Source: Sulfurimonas sp.
GTDB lineage: Bacteria; Campylobacterota; Campylobacteria; Campylobacterales; Sulfurimonadaceae
NCBI GenBank assembly: GCA_028687935.1
Contig: JAQTZE010000004.1
Span: 3,875 to 67,874 of the forward strand
Reading direction: 5' to 3'
DNA: 64,000 bases
The position numbers and the translations under genes are program-made. The notes beneath the pieces were generated by a model. The model ran no database searches. It was not told where the DNA came from and saw only the letters and a list, made by a program, of their open reading frames with translations. Position 1 is the first letter of the stretch, and each line of letters starts with the position of its first letter. Positions 11,404 to 22,086 of the stretch are shown one piece after another.

Positions 11404-12315
11404 TTAGAGGAGAATCTCTTTTGCGATTTGGAATTGATTGGCAGTCATAAGATGGATTTTTGGATGATATGCTTTGATGGAGTCAAATAGATTTTTACTC
11501 AGTTCAAAACCGACTTTATACTCCTCTTCAGGGCTGATGTCATGAGCGCTTCTCAGTGCTTCTATCCAATACTCTGGCACATTGATGCCTGGTACATGAG
11601 CAGAGAGAAACTGTGCTGTGCGAAGTTTTGTGATAGGAAAAATACCCAAAATAAGCTCTGCACTTTTGTTATCATAGCGTACTTCTTTGTTCGCGAGTTC
11701 TTTAAGCTCAAGAAGTTGTTTTGCATTTTCTAAATCATAAACAGGTTGTGTAATGATTCCAACTGCTCCGTGTGTTATCTTTCTTTGCATCTTCTTTTGG
11801 AGCGTTTTTGGATTTTTTGCATAAGAGTTGACTACTGCAAAGGGATAGATATGTTGCGGTGCAGGAGTAAAAGGCTTCCCAACATAGTTCATACCTGAGT
11901 TAAACGCAGAGATGATATCTAGCAGTAGAGAACTATCTCCTTCAAACACGCCTTTGACATGTGGTTGGTCAGAAAGCGTTGCTGGATCGCCTGTGAGCGC
12001 CAATATCGTACGTATATCGACTTCATTTGCTCCAAGCAGATCTGATTGCAAAGCAATTTTATTTCTATCACGCATACTCATTGTGGCAATGACAGGCTTG
12101 TGAAATCTATCTTGAAGCATTTTCGCTGCGAAAAGGGCGTTGTATTTGAGTTTTGCCAATGGATTGTCTGTTGTAGAGAAGCCATCGACAAGTTTATCAA
12201 GACCAAGCTCTTCTATCTTCTCTATTATCGGAGAAAACTGAGGAGAGTGCCCCGGCGTCGTCTCCAAAGTAATATATGTACCATTTTGTAGTTTATTTAT
12301 GAGTGTATCAAACAA
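11404..12315 (-). CDS. Methylenetetrahydrofolate reductase family protein
   Basis: 303 aa. MTHFR-like pattern: TLETTPG..., ILALTGDPA. Confidence 0.7.
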   Translation of the reverse strand: MFDTLINKLQNGTYITLETTPGHSPQFSPIIEKIEELGLDKLVDGFSTTDNPLAKLKYNALFAAKMLQDRFHKPVIATMSMRDRNKIALQSDLLGANEVDIRTILALTGDPATLSDQPHVKGVFEGDSSLLLDIISAFNSGMNYVGKPFTPAPQHIYPFAVVNSYAKNPKTLQKKMQRKITHGAVGIITQPVYDLENAKQLLELKELANKEVRYDNKSAELILGIFPITKLRTAQFLSAHVPGINVPEYWIEALRSAHDISPEEEYKVGFELSKNLFDSIKAYHPKIHLMTANQFQIAKEILL

Positions 12316-12369
12316 AAAAAATCCTAATTCGCTATAATTGCGACATTATAACTAAGAGAGAAAAAAACT

Positions 12370-12999
12370 ATGCTAAAACTTGCCGTTTTTGATTTTGATT
12401 CAACACTTATGGATGGGGAAACAATCGATTTTTTTGCTGAAGAACTTGGGCTTGGCAAAGAAGTCGCGTACATTACTGAAGAAGCGATGAGCGGAAGACT
12501 TGATTTCTTTGAGTCACTCCAAAGAAGAGTAGGGTTGCTTAAGGGTCTAGACTATTCTATTGTAGAAAAGATCAGTCAAAATCTTCCGTATATGCCAGGC
12601 GCTAAAGAGACAATAAGCGAACTGAAAAAACGCGGTATAAAAGTTGTATGTTTTAGCGGCGGCTTTAGAAGTGCTACGGGATACGCAAAAAATATCCTTG
12701 GGTATGACGCCGACTTTTCAAACGTGCTCCATCAAAAAGATGGAAAACTTACGGGTCTTGTGGGCGGAGATATGATGTTTAACTTCTCCAAAGGGGATAT
12801 GTTAGTACGTTTGCAAAATATTCTTGGTATAAGTGAAGAAGAGACTTTGGTCTGCGGAGATGGAGCAAATGACTTGTCAATGTTCGCTCATGCAGGAACA
12901 CGTGTTGCGTTTTGCGCAAGAGAGATACTAAGAAAAGAAGCAAATATCGTGATAGAGACGAAAGATTTGACACAGATTTTAGAAAAAATAGAAGGATAG
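12370..12999 (+). CDS. serB: Phosphoserine phosphatase (HAD family)
   Basis: 209 aa. HAD motif I FDFDSTL and motif IV GDGANDL. Confidence 0.85.
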   Translation: MLKLAVFDFDSTLMDGETIDFFAEELGLGKEVAYITEEAMSGRLDFFESLQRRVGLLKGLDYSIVEKISQNLPYMPGAKETISELKKRGIKVVCFSGGFRSATGYAKNILGYDADFSNVLHQKDGKLTGLVGGDMMFNFSKGDMLVRLQNILGISEEETLVCGDGANDLSMFAHAGTRVAFCAREILRKEANIVIETKDLTQILEKIEG

Positions 13000-13001
13000 A
13001 A

Positions 13002-13322
13002 ATGTTAGAGAGCACAGTTTGGAGACAATATCACAGCGAAAATAACTTTAGAGAAAAGTTGGCACAGTTTTGTAATATAGAAATAGGTGAGATCGTTGCA
13101 AACGATAAAGATCTTTACGGTATTCTCAAAGCAAAACTTACAAAAAAAGAGCTCAAACTCTTTGCTATGGATAGTGCTAAGATAAGCGATACAGAAATAA
13201 TGGCTGCGTTTTCATATGATGAAGAAGCCCTCAAAGAGGCAAAATATAAAGTATATAAAAAACTCAAGCAAGATAAGATGCGGGCAAGTCTCAAAGCTTT
13301 GAAGTTTGATGAAATAGAATAG
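13002..13322 (+). CDS. Small protein with a LuxR / sigma-70 region-4-like HTH
   Basis: The ATG at 13002 follows aagga and the serB stop. The ORF-track start at 12912 would overlap serB by about 90 nt. The pattern LTKKELKLF...SDTEIM....S..ALKEAKYKVYKKLK resembles a region-4 HTH. Confidence 0.45.
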   Translation: MLESTVWRQYHSENNFREKLAQFCNIEIGEIVANDKDLYGILKAKLTKKELKLFAMDSAKISDTEIMAAFSYDEEALKEAKYKVYKKLKQDKMRASLKALKFDEIE

Positions 13323-13443
13323 ATAGAGAAATCGAGCAATATTCTCCAAAAAGATTAATTTTTTTTTACAGAATATAAGATTAATCTATAATTTATCAAA
13401 TAGCTTGTACACTATCACAGATTTATAACACAAAGGAAGATAT

Positions 13444-13782
13444 ATGACAAAAACAACTTCGTTATTATTAGCTGCAATGGTTGCTGGTTCTCTATTTGCA
13501 ACAAATGCAATGGCAGATGCAAAAGCAGGACAAAAGTATTACCTTAAAAAATTAAAAGCATGTAAAAAAGACGGTGTAACAAATGGTGGCAATTTTGCTG
13601 CTAAACATGACCGTGATACATGGGCTGAGAAAAAAGAGAGCGGTGAACTTTTAGGCGCTTGGAAAGAAATCTGTCCTTCAGGTGAAAGTAAAATTGATAA
13701 AATGAAACCAGAAGATATTACTGATCTTTATGATTTCTGCTGGCAGTATGCTTCAGATGGTGACGTTCCATCTTGTGGTTAA
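13444..13782 (+). CDS. Secreted small cysteine-containing protein
   Basis: 112 aa. Signal peptide ending in ...ATNAMA-DA and four Cys residues, but no CxxCH motif. Confidence 0.55.
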   Translation: MTKTTSLLLAAMVAGSLFATNAMADAKAGQKYYLKKLKACKKDGVTNGGNFAAKHDRDTWAEKKESGELLGAWKEICPSGESKIDKMKPEDITDLYDFCWQYASDGDVPSCG

Positions 13783-13794
13783 TTCCCAACAACT

Positions 13795-13821
13795 AAGACT
13801 TCAAGCCTAGCCTGAAGTCTT
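13795..13821. terminator. Hairpin between convergent genes
   Basis: 9-bp stem aagacttca / tgaagtctt with a 9-nt loop. Confidence 0.55.
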
Positions 13822-15542
13822 TACTTCTTCGCAACGATCTTAAACGCAACTCTTCTTGACTTTTCAAAATCTTCACTACTTTCAAATACTACTTTTTTAG
13901 AAAAACTAAAACCACTTCCTATAAGTATTTTGCTGAGCCATTTTTGTGTCGCTGCGTTTTGCTTTGTAAAAAGATATGATAGTACGGAATACGAACGCTC
14001 TAACGAGAGCTTTTCATTATTAAGATATTGCTGCGTAAAATCAACGCCGCCCCATTCGCTTGATGTATGCCCATTTACCTCTAATGCTTCTATAGACTTT
14101 TTATGATCATCAAGAAATTTTATAAGTTTTACTCCAAAGCTATTTAAAAAAGTTTTTTGTGCGTTTGTGAGTTTATACTCTCCAACTTTGAAGTACAAAG
14201 AGGGATCAATCAGTTCTATTGTGAGATCACTTCTGATTGTAAGGAACTTTTTGTTTATCTCGTCTGCAAAAGCTTTTTTCAAAGCCGCGAAGAGGGAATC
14301 ACTGCTAGAAGAAATCTGCGCCATGCTTGCATCTTTATTGAGTTTTGCTATCCACATATTTGATTCTTGTGAATTTTCATAAGTATAAACGCCAGCAACT
14401 GCCACTTGAGAATTGTGGAGTATCTTAAGTGCGTTAAAGCTCTCATAGTTTTTTGAGCCGTAGTGTTCCTGCGTTTTCATATTGAGGTTTGCATCCAAAA
14501 GCATCACGAGGGCATCTGTATTTTGTTTGTCCCGTACATATCCAACACCTATGATGTTAGAATCCGAGAACTCTGCAATATCTTTGAGTGCACTGGCATA
14601 AGTCGTAATTATTTTTTTGTCTAAAAGAATATTTTTTTCAAGATCAAATTTTATAAGGCGAATCTGCTCTTTTTGCGGTGTGTCATGTTGAGTGAGCGAG
14701 AGTAAAAAGTTTTCATCTTTGAGTTGGATAAGTTTATATGGCTTGAGCAAAAGGGCTGCGTTATATTCTTTGAGCCATATTTTCTCTCCATTTTCAGTCA
14801 AACGCATCAATAGAAGTGCGTTTTTTGGGCCATTGGCACTTGCTCCAGCGATGATGAGTGAACCATCATTCGCTTCGACTGCAGTGACTCCTTTGTCATC
14901 ATTTTTTGTGCCGTATTTTTTACTCCAGCGTATTTCACCCTCTTTTGAAATTCGTGTTATAGATATATCACCAAGACCAAGTCCGCTTGCAAAGAGTGGA
15001 TCATTCGCATCTCTAGAAGTCACGGAAGAACCGATTGCGAGTGCTCCACCATCTTTGAGAGCTATGAGTTTACTCATCTTGTCATTGAATTTTGTGCCAA
15101 AAGTTTTACTATAGATGATGTTTGCGTTTGTATCGAGTTTTAAAAATAAAAAAGAACCCTCAAGTGTATGACCACCTACAAAATAGCCATTATCAGGTCT
15201 CTTAACAACAGAAACAGCTTCATTGCAAAGAGAGAGTGCAGCAGCTTTTGAAAGAAGTATCTCACCACCTTCGTCTACTTTTACCAGATGCATTTGTGTC
15301 CCTTGTCCGCCTGAGAGACTGGCTAAATACTCAAATGGATCTGTGTATGTTTCAGCTTCTTGAGATTTTGAGGATTCGAAGTTTTGAGAAAAACCTACGG
15401 CAGTGATACTTCTGTCATAATCTTCCGTAATGTCATAGAGTACATCATTGAATGGTTTGTCGATTATTACAGAAAAGCCCATATTTTTTGCAAATAGCTC
15501 AGAGAGAAGGAGTAAAGAGAAAAATAGTGTTTTCATTGGCAT
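13821..15542 (-). CDS. OmpA-family protein with a large repeat-rich N-terminal domain
   Basis: Start chosen at MPMKTLFFSLLLLSELFA (signal peptide). C-terminal OmpA-like domain: NGHTSSEWGG ... LSLERSYSV ... RRVAFKI. Confidence 0.7.
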   Translation of the reverse strand: MPMKTLFFSLLLLSELFAKNMGFSVIIDKPFNDVLYDITEDYDRSITAVGFSQNFESSKSQEAETYTDPFEYLASLSGGQGTQMHLVKVDEGGEILLSKAAALSLCNEAVSVVKRPDNGYFVGGHTLEGSFLFLKLDTNANIIYSKTFGTKFNDKMSKLIALKDGGALAIGSSVTSRDANDPLFASGLGLGDISITRISKEGEIRWSKKYGTKNDDKGVTAVEANDGSLIIAGASANGPKNALLLMRLTENGEKIWLKEYNAALLLKPYKLIQLKDENFLLSLTQHDTPQKEQIRLIKFDLEKNILLDKKIITTYASALKDIAEFSDSNIIGVGYVRDKQNTDALVMLLDANLNMKTQEHYGSKNYESFNALKILHNSQVAVAGVYTYENSQESNMWIAKLNKDASMAQISSSSDSLFAALKKAFADEINKKFLTIRSDLTIELIDPSLYFKVGEYKLTNAQKTFLNSFGVKLIKFLDDHKKSIEALEVNGHTSSEWGGVDFTQQYLNNEKLSLERSYSVLSYLFTKQNAATQKWLSKILIGSGFSFSKKVVFESSEDFEKSRRVAFKIVAKK

Positions 15543-15694
15543 ACTTTTTATTTTTATAGTAGCAAAAAATATTCCTAAAATACTCACTAAAAAAGAAGAA
15601 GTCGTTGCCCCTTAAAAACCCTCTGTAATTTAATAGTTACTATGCTAAAGTATGTTTTCATATGAGAAAAAATTTATATTGTGAGTGAGATTAT

Positions 15695-17155
15695 TTGATA
15701 TTTCGGGCATTGATTGATAAGTTTACTTTCTACTTCTGGCTCATTTTCTTAGTTATAAACGTTCCTATATATATTTTTGGCAGCATCTATTTTCAAGAAA
15801 TACTCAAAAAATCAGAACAAGAAAAGATAGTTCTTATGATGACTACTCTTGAGCCAGCTATCGCGTTTAACATCTCTTTTGATCAAGAAGATCAACTCAA
15901 TGAACTTCTCGCAAGCATGCTCAAATATGAAGATATCCAGAAAATAGATCTCGATTCTTTAGATTATAAAAAGAATCTATCAAAACAAATAGATCCAACC
16001 CTCAAACTTTTTAAGTATGAGTACTCAATTATCGATCCTTTTGAAAAAACTGAGATAGCCAAAATTACTCTTCACTACTCCAATACAAACTTAAAGAATA
16101 TAACGCAGCAGATTCTCACTACCATCTTTTTTATTTTTATTTTTGCCTTGATTGTTTTTGCCATCATATTTTACTCGATTCGTACAGACTTAAATGCTCT
16201 CAAAGCCATCGCACATGCTATGAGAGAATACTCTATTACAAAGAAAATGAACGCAATTTCACTTGTGTGTAAAAGCGAAGAGATTAGTACTATTGCCAAG
16301 GTTACAAACGAGATGATGCAGAATATTTCAGACTATTTTCTCCAGCTACAATCTTTCAATAACGAGCTAAAAGAACAGGTAGAACTTGAAGTTCTTAAGC
16401 AACAAAAACAAGAACGTCTTATGATACATCAATCCCGTCAGGCAGCTATGGGTGAGATGCTTGAGTCTATTGCACATCAATGGAGACAACCATTGAATAT
16501 TATTGGTTTGGCAACAGCGAACATAGAAACCGAGTACAAATTAGGAGTTTTGAATGAAAAGAAATTTGATGCAAAAATGGAGATTGTATCGCTAAACTTG
16601 CAATATATGTCTAATACGATCGATGACTTTCGTAACTTTCTTAATCCTGAACGTAAGTTGGAGTATTTCAATCCTCGTAAAAGTATTGCAGAAATTTTAG
16701 GTGTTCTTGATGCACAATATGCAAATAGTAATATTCATTTTGAAATTTTGCAAGAGTCTAAGATTGCTTTTTATGCAGTTGAAAATGAGCTCAAACAGGT
16801 GATATTTATTTTGCTCAGCAATGCTAAAGATGCCATTGTGCTGCAAAAACAAAAACAGAAAATTTCTCAAGGCTTCATTACTATTAGCATCAAAGAAAAA
16901 AGCGGTGAGGGAATTATCGAAGTGTGTGATAATGGAGGTGGAGTGGATGAGAGTATTGTAAATACAATTTTTGATCCCTATTTTACCACTAAGTCAAATG
17001 CAAATGGAACAGGTATCGGACTCTATATCGCAAAAAATATTATTGAATCAAGAATGAGAGGGAGCTTGTCTGTTAAAAACACTCAAACAGGCAGCTGTTT
17101 TATAATCAAGGTCGCATTAGAAAATTTAGAAATAAAAGAGAATGAAGCAGAATGA
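15695..17155 (+). CDS. Sensor histidine kinase (no adjacent response regulator)
   Basis: TTG start. Two TM helices flank a periplasmic segment of about 110 aa. H-box HQWRQPLN, and ATPase boxes LSNAKDA, DNGGG and GTGIGLY. Confidence 0.85.
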   Translation: MIFRALIDKFTFYFWLIFLVINVPIYIFGSIYFQEILKKSEQEKIVLMMTTLEPAIAFNISFDQEDQLNELLASMLKYEDIQKIDLDSLDYKKNLSKQIDPTLKLFKYEYSIIDPFEKTEIAKITLHYSNTNLKNITQQILTTIFFIFIFALIVFAIIFYSIRTDLNALKAIAHAMREYSITKKMNAISLVCKSEEISTIAKVTNEMMQNISDYFLQLQSFNNELKEQVELEVLKQQKQERLMIHQSRQAAMGEMLESIAHQWRQPLNIIGLATANIETEYKLGVLNEKKFDAKMEIVSLNLQYMSNTIDDFRNFLNPERKLEYFNPRKSIAEILGVLDAQYANSNIHFEILQESKIAFYAVENELKQVIFILLSNAKDAIVLQKQKQKISQGFITISIKEKSGEGIIEVCDNGGGVDESIVNTIFDPYFTTKSNANGTGIGLYIAKNIIESRMRGSLSVKNTQTGSCFIIKVALENLEIKENEAE

Positions 17156-19125
17156 AAAAAATAGTATTACTACTCATAGCAGCTACTCTCCTTTTTGCCA
17201 ATGATGATACGCTGGATTTACTTGATGATTTACAAGATGCATCTGAAATAGCTTCACGTACGAAGCTAAATATGAATAAAACGCCATCCGTGGTTTCTGT
17301 ACTGCATACAGATGAGTTGAAAAAACTCGGGATGAATAATCTGTACGAGGCGCTTGAGAGTGTCCCTGGGATAGAAATTTCTATGGGTGCTGCCGGAGCC
17401 AAGCAGATCAATATGCGAGGCAACAAATCAATTTTTAGAGATAAAATAAAGCTCATGATCGATGGGGTAAGTGTCAATAGTGAGCTTGCTGGTACAAGTT
17501 ATTTTTATTTGGATATGCCTTTGGAAATTATTGAGCGCATAGAGATCATACGCGGTCCTGCGTCAACACTCTATGGCTCTTTTGCACATATTGGGGTTAT
17601 CAATGTTATCACCAAAAGTGCGGGCAATGAAGAGGGTCTCATCTTTACTAATATGAGTTCAAAAAACTTCAAAGATGTGGGTTTTACACAAAATTTCCAT
17701 ACTGAAAATATGAAAATTGCGCTTGATGGTTTCTTCGCGGATAATAAGTCTAGCAGAACTTATAACACTTATAGTGCAATTCCTGGAGAGGAGTTTAACT
17801 CCTATGAAGATTTTACAAACAACTCTCTAGGTCTTAATGTCTCGTATGGAGAAGATATCTTCTTTCAGACAAGATGGCTCATGACGGATACACAAAACTA
17901 TTTTGGTTATGCTAACTGGCCTATTTATAAAGATCCCAAATCCCTTCAAACAACATCATTTATCAGTGAGTTTCGCTATACACCAAAACTCTCAAATGAT
18001 GTCTCGCTAGATCTTAAAGTAGGCTATAAGCAGTATGGATATGAGGGAGATGCAAGATATGTGCCGTACTCTTTGATGCCTACACCACCAACGCCACCGT
18101 ATGATCTTATTGGAGGCGGTTGCTATAAAGAAGATGTGCTCTATACAGATCTTGCGTTTAAATACTCTGTTGCAAATCATAACATTCTTTTTGGAACTTC
18201 ACTCTCGTATGCCAAGGTTGTGAACACAAACTATTTTGAAAATAATGCAACGCTAGGAGAGAGCCTCGACATCCCTGTGGAAAACATCAAACGTGATATC
18301 TCAAGAGAACAGTATGCTCTTTATCTTAATGATATCTACACTTTTTCTGATGAGTGGAGTCTCAATCTTGGAGGCCGCTACGACTATTACAGTGATGCTG
18401 ATTCAAGTCTTGTCCCCAAATTAGCACTGCTCTACAACTATGATGAGCTGCAGAGTTATAAACTCATCTATCAGCGCTCTTTTCGGGCTCCTGCCTGGGT
18501 TGAGCTTTATGGGATAGAGAGACCTTATTTTGGTGACGAGTCTTTAAAGTCAGAGACAATTGATACTATAGAACTTGCTTATCGTTATCAGCCAAAGCTT
18601 GATAATTGGCTGACATTGAATCTTTTTTACTCAAAGATGCAGAATTTTATCAACCGTGACGCTGCGTTTCATTTCTATAATGATGAGGATATGTATTCTT
18701 ATGGAGCTGAGCTTGAAGCAAAAGCTACATTCAATACGATCACACTGCAAGGAAATTATAGTTATATCCATATCGAAGATGCGGCGGGAAGAGCACTTCC
18801 TTTTGTCGCTACCCATCTTGCAAATTTGATGCTCTCTAAAAAAATCGATCGAAATTGGAATACGGGCGGCAGGCTGAGATATGTAGGAGAGAAAAAACGC
18901 GAGTTCTTAGATCCAAGAGAAGCTTTAGATGCTTCTCTTACTTATGATCACTCTTTGACATATAGTTATGAATCTTTTACCTTTGGAGCATCTGTTAAAA
19001 ATTTATTTGATAAAGAGATAGCGTTTTCTTCGCCGTATGGAGGCTCTTCATGTGGAACGTATATGGAAGATTATCCTCGTGATGGGCGAATATTCTGGCT
19101 CTCTATAGGGTGGAAAATTCCTTGA
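17152..19125 (+). CDS. TonB-dependent receptor
   Basis: 657 aa. Signal peptide, plug domain (IEIIRGPASTLYG) and a long beta-barrel. The ATGA start/stop overlap with the kinase gene implies translational coupling. Confidence 0.85.
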   Translation: MKKIVLLLIAATLLFANDDTLDLLDDLQDASEIASRTKLNMNKTPSVVSVLHTDELKKLGMNNLYEALESVPGIEISMGAAGAKQINMRGNKSIFRDKIKLMIDGVSVNSELAGTSYFYLDMPLEIIERIEIIRGPASTLYGSFAHIGVINVITKSAGNEEGLIFTNMSSKNFKDVGFTQNFHTENMKIALDGFFADNKSSRTYNTYSAIPGEEFNSYEDFTNNSLGLNVSYGEDIFFQTRWLMTDTQNYFGYANWPIYKDPKSLQTTSFISEFRYTPKLSNDVSLDLKVGYKQYGYEGDARYVPYSLMPTPPTPPYDLIGGGCYKEDVLYTDLAFKYSVANHNILFGTSLSYAKVVNTNYFENNATLGESLDIPVENIKRDISREQYALYLNDIYTFSDEWSLNLGGRYDYYSDADSSLVPKLALLYNYDELQSYKLIYQRSFRAPAWVELYGIERPYFGDESLKSETIDTIELAYRYQPKLDNWLTLNLFYSKMQNFINRDAAFHFYNDEDMYSYGAELEAKATFNTITLQGNYSYIHIEDAAGRALPFVATHLANLMLSKKIDRNWNTGGRLRYVGEKKREFLDPREALDASLTYDHSLTYSYESFTFGASVKNLFDKEIAFSSPYGGSSCGTYMEDYPRDGRIFWLSIGWKIP

Positions 19126-19655
19126 TACAGAGACTCCTCTTTGCTTTTTTGATCCTCTCTGCACTCTTACATGCAAAAGAGTATGATGAGACTGTTATGG
19201 ATATTGAGGCAAAACTCTTTCCGAAAATAGCAATTCTTGAAGAGAAAATCGCGCAAAATCCCTCTCCATATTTGAGCATCACTATTCTCTATAAGGAGGC
19301 AGATTACGCTGTGGCAGAAAGATTTAAGCAAAAGATAGAATCTACATATCCAAAAAAAATACGTGATAAAAATGTACGAGTGAACTTGGCTCAATTCGGA
19401 CTTTCACATATAACAGATACAGATGCACTCCTAGTTCTCGCTCATGAAGCAGAAGAACTGGAGACCATTGCTCTTTGGGCAAATAAAAATAAGATACTTA
19501 CTTTTGCCTATGAACCTGCATCTTTAGAATATGGCTTAGTTTCTTCTATCTACATCGGTAGAACTACGAAGCCTTACCTCAATGCTAAGGCAATTAAAAA
19601 ATATGATTTTGTTTTTGATTCCTATCTTCTTCAGCTCTCAAAATTTAAAGAGTAA
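19110..19655 (+). CDS. Periplasmic YfiR-like (DUF4154-like) protein
   Basis: About 180 aa with a signal peptide (LLFAFLILSALLHA). The C-terminal pattern resembles YfiR-family proteins. An alternative TTG start at 19122 would give a TTGA overlap with the receptor stop. Confidence 0.5.
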   Translation: MENSLIQRLLFAFLILSALLHAKEYDETVMDIEAKLFPKIAILEEKIAQNPSPYLSITILYKEADYAVAERFKQKIESTYPKKIRDKNVRVNLAQFGLSHITDTDALLVLAHEAEELETIALWANKNKILTFAYEPASLEYGLVSSIYIGRTTKPYLNAKAIKKYDFVFDSYLLQLSKFKE

Positions 19656-19805
19656 ATATAGATATTCTGACAAAATATGTTGTCTACTTAAAAGGGATAG
19701 GCCGTACATATATAAAGTGGTAATAAACTAGTTGTATTGTAAGTGAGTAATTTGTGGAGTAGAAAGGTTGGATGAAGAAAGCGCTCCATAAAGGGAACTT
19801 TAGAA

Positions 19806-19892
19806 CTATTTTAAGTTCTCGAATGGTGCAGTTACAACTGCTTTACGAGTTACTGTATAAGGAATGGGTGCTGCTGCGCGAGCTCTTTTAAT
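19806..19892 (-). pseudogene. Relic copy of the last 28 codons plus stop of rpsR
   Basis: 85/87 nt identical to 22087..22173, with one synonymous change and one Leu-to-Pro change. An adjacent ATG (19893-19895) makes a 29-codon ORF plus stop: [29 protein letters not shown]. Confidence 0.8.
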
Positions 19893-19988
19893 CATTCTTT
19901 CATATGCTAAATTTTAGAGTTCGTTTGACAGTTATATGCAATATATCATAATAATTAGTTATAATAAATCAAATTTTTTATCAGGGGG

Positions 19989-21863
19989 ATGACAGTGGTT
20001 TTTTTGCAAACTTTTAAAGTAATGCTTATTGCAATGGCTGGAACATCTGTATTGCTATTTTTACTCCTAGGGTTCTTTTTTTATAACTCTTCACAAAGTA
20101 TAAACGAACTCTCACAATTAAAGTACGAGATTAAAAGTCTTGAAACATCTATACTTCTTTTACGTCGTAATGAAAAAGATTTTTTGGCTAGAAACGATCT
20201 AAAATATGAAGCTGAGTTTCAAAAGAATCATCAAGAACTTATGTTAAGACTGGATAGAGTATCTGTTGGTACTCAAAAATATGGTTTTGAGCAAGATACA
20301 ATTGAAAACTTAAAAAGTATTCTAAACGTATATTCTGAAGATTTTCATAATATTGTTGCTATTGGGCAGACTGTAGGCCTTAACCCTAAAGATGGTTTAT
20401 ACGGTTCACTGAGAAATAGCGTTCATAATTTGGAAACTTTGCTTAAAAAAGATGCCAGTTACAAACTTCAAGTAGACATGCTTATGTTACGTCGCGCTGA
20501 AAAAGATTTTATGTTACGCAGTGATCTTAAGTATATTGAAAAATTTAATAACTCTTTTAAAGTTTTTTTAGCTGATGCCGAAGAAGCAAAATTGTCAGAT
20601 TACAATCAGGCAATACAGCTTTTAAATGATTATAAAAAAGATTTTTATAATTTAGTTGAGGGTTATAAAAAAATAGGTTTAACCCCAAAAGATGGTGCGT
20701 TAGGAGAAATGAGAAACACTATACACAAAGCAGATGAAGCACTTCAAGCACTTCATGAGCATATGAATGTTGTTCTAAAAGAAAAGGAAGCATCTCTTTC
20801 TAGCTTAATAATTATTATATTTATTGTTTTGCTTTTTACTATGTCTCTGTATGCCTTTTTAGTTATTAGAAGAATAAATTCAAAAATTCAAAACATAGTT
20901 GACAATGTACGTAATATTACAAAAACTAAAGATTTATCATCTTCTATTTTAATTAATGGAAAAGATGAGATTAGTGATCTTACTAAAGATCTCAATATTA
21001 TGTTTACAGAGCTTAAAAACGTAATAAGTGATGCCAAACAAAGTTCCCATGAAAATGCTTCTATTGCACATGAACTCTCAACAACCGCTCTGAACGTTGG
21101 AAACAATGTTGAAAAATCAGTAACTGTAATTAACCAAGCAACACTCAAAGCCGATGAGGTAAAAAATGAGATAATTGCAGCAGTCATAGATGCTCAAAAC
21201 AGTAAAGAAGATATTGTAAGAGCAAATGAAAATCTCACCACAGCTTGCAGCGACATAATTGCTCTAACTTCAAGAGTACAACAGAGTGCTGGGTTAGAGA
21301 TAGAATTAGCACAGAGAATGGACATGCTCTCCAATGAAGCAAGTGCAGTAAAAAGTGTACTTGAAGTTATTTCAGATATTGCAGATCAGACAAATCTTTT
21401 AGCACTAAACGCAGCAATTGAAGCAGCAAGAGCAGGAGAACATGGCAGAGGATTTGCAGTCGTAGCTGATGAAGTTCGTAAACTAGCAGAGAGAACACAA
21501 AAATCACTCACAGAAATTAATGCAACTATCAATATAATAGTTCAGTCCATAAGCGATGTAAGTGGGCACATGAACTCTAACTCAGCCGAAGTTCAAGAGC
21601 TTGCGAATATTTCTACAAATGTAGAGAAACAAATTAACATAAGCGTAAGTATTGTGCAAGATGCTGTAAAAGCAAGTGACAAAACTGTAGCCAACTTTGA
21701 AACAACAGGAAAAAATGTTGAATACATTGTTTCCCAGGTTTCAGCTATAAATGAACTCTCGTCAACAAATGCTAGAAATGTTGAAGAGATTGTAGCAGCA
21801 GCAGATCATCTCAACTCTATGACCGACGACCTACACGCTAAGCTTGAAGCATTCCGCACCTAA
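19989..21863 (+). CDS. Methyl-accepting chemotaxis protein with a periplasmic sensor domain
   Basis: 624 aa. TM1, a periplasmic helical domain of about 250 aa, TM2, a HAMP-like region, and the conserved signalling hairpin [31 protein letters not shown]. The exact start is uncertain (ATG 19989, GTG 19995 or ATG 20022). Confidence 0.9.
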   Translation: MTVVFLQTFKVMLIAMAGTSVLLFLLLGFFFYNSSQSINELSQLKYEIKSLETSILLLRRNEKDFLARNDLKYEAEFQKNHQELMLRLDRVSVGTQKYGFEQDTIENLKSILNVYSEDFHNIVAIGQTVGLNPKDGLYGSLRNSVHNLETLLKKDASYKLQVDMLMLRRAEKDFMLRSDLKYIEKFNNSFKVFLADAEEAKLSDYNQAIQLLNDYKKDFYNLVEGYKKIGLTPKDGALGEMRNTIHKADEALQALHEHMNVVLKEKEASLSSLIIIIFIVLLFTMSLYAFLVIRRINSKIQNIVDNVRNITKTKDLSSSILINGKDEISDLTKDLNIMFTELKNVISDAKQSSHENASIAHELSTTALNVGNNVEKSVTVINQATLKADEVKNEIIAAVIDAQNSKEDIVRANENLTTACSDIIALTSRVQQSAGLEIELAQRMDMLSNEASAVKSVLEVISDIADQTNLLALNAAIEAARAGEHGRGFAVVADEVRKLAERTQKSLTEINATINIIVQSISDVSGHMNSNSAEVQELANISTNVEKQINISVSIVQDAVKASDKTVANFETTGKNVEYIVSQVSAINELSSTNARNVEEIVAAADHLNSMTDDLHAKLEAFRT

Positions 21864-22059
21864 TTACCAGCGTCTTTGCGTGAGGCGCAGGCAAGAAGAA
21901 CCACAAGTCTTATTATATATTTTAGTAATTACCTGCTCATCTCAAAGGCTTATTTCTATCCAAGTTATAGAGAAAAAAGTTATATGATTACAGCGGCGAC
22001 AAATTGGGTGTTTTGTTAAAATATATGATTGAGTAAATTGGAAGAATATTACTAGAGAT

Positions 22060-22079
22060 AGTCCCCAATACAGGGGACT
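22060..22079 (-). terminator. Hairpin just downstream of the rpsR stop
   Basis: Stem agtcccc / ggggact with a 6-nt loop. No clear U-run follows. Confidence 0.4.
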
Positions 22080-22086
22080 GAGAAAA

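Noticed and set aside
12912-13001. The upstream start of the ORF 12912..13322
   Set aside because: That start would overlap serB by about 90 nt in another frame and adds a highly basic, low-complexity leader. The ATG at 13002 follows an aagga SD and the serB stop.
13444-13782. Annotating the secreted 112-aa protein as a c-type cytochrome
   Set aside because: It has a signal peptide and four cysteines, but no CxxCH heme-binding motif is present.
19773-19892. A 39-codon plus-strand ORF (ATG at 19773, MKKALHKGNF...) antisense to the rpsR relic
   Set aside because: It exists only because of the relic sequence. The equivalent frame at the true rpsR copy is closed after a few codons, so it shows no sign of conservation.
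19656-22086. A complete mobile element, prophage or genomic island around the MCP insertion
   Set aside because: No integrase, transposase, terminal inverted repeats or tRNA gene is visible. Only the 87-bp direct repeats support an insertion, so it is reported as a footprint and not as a mobile-element feature.
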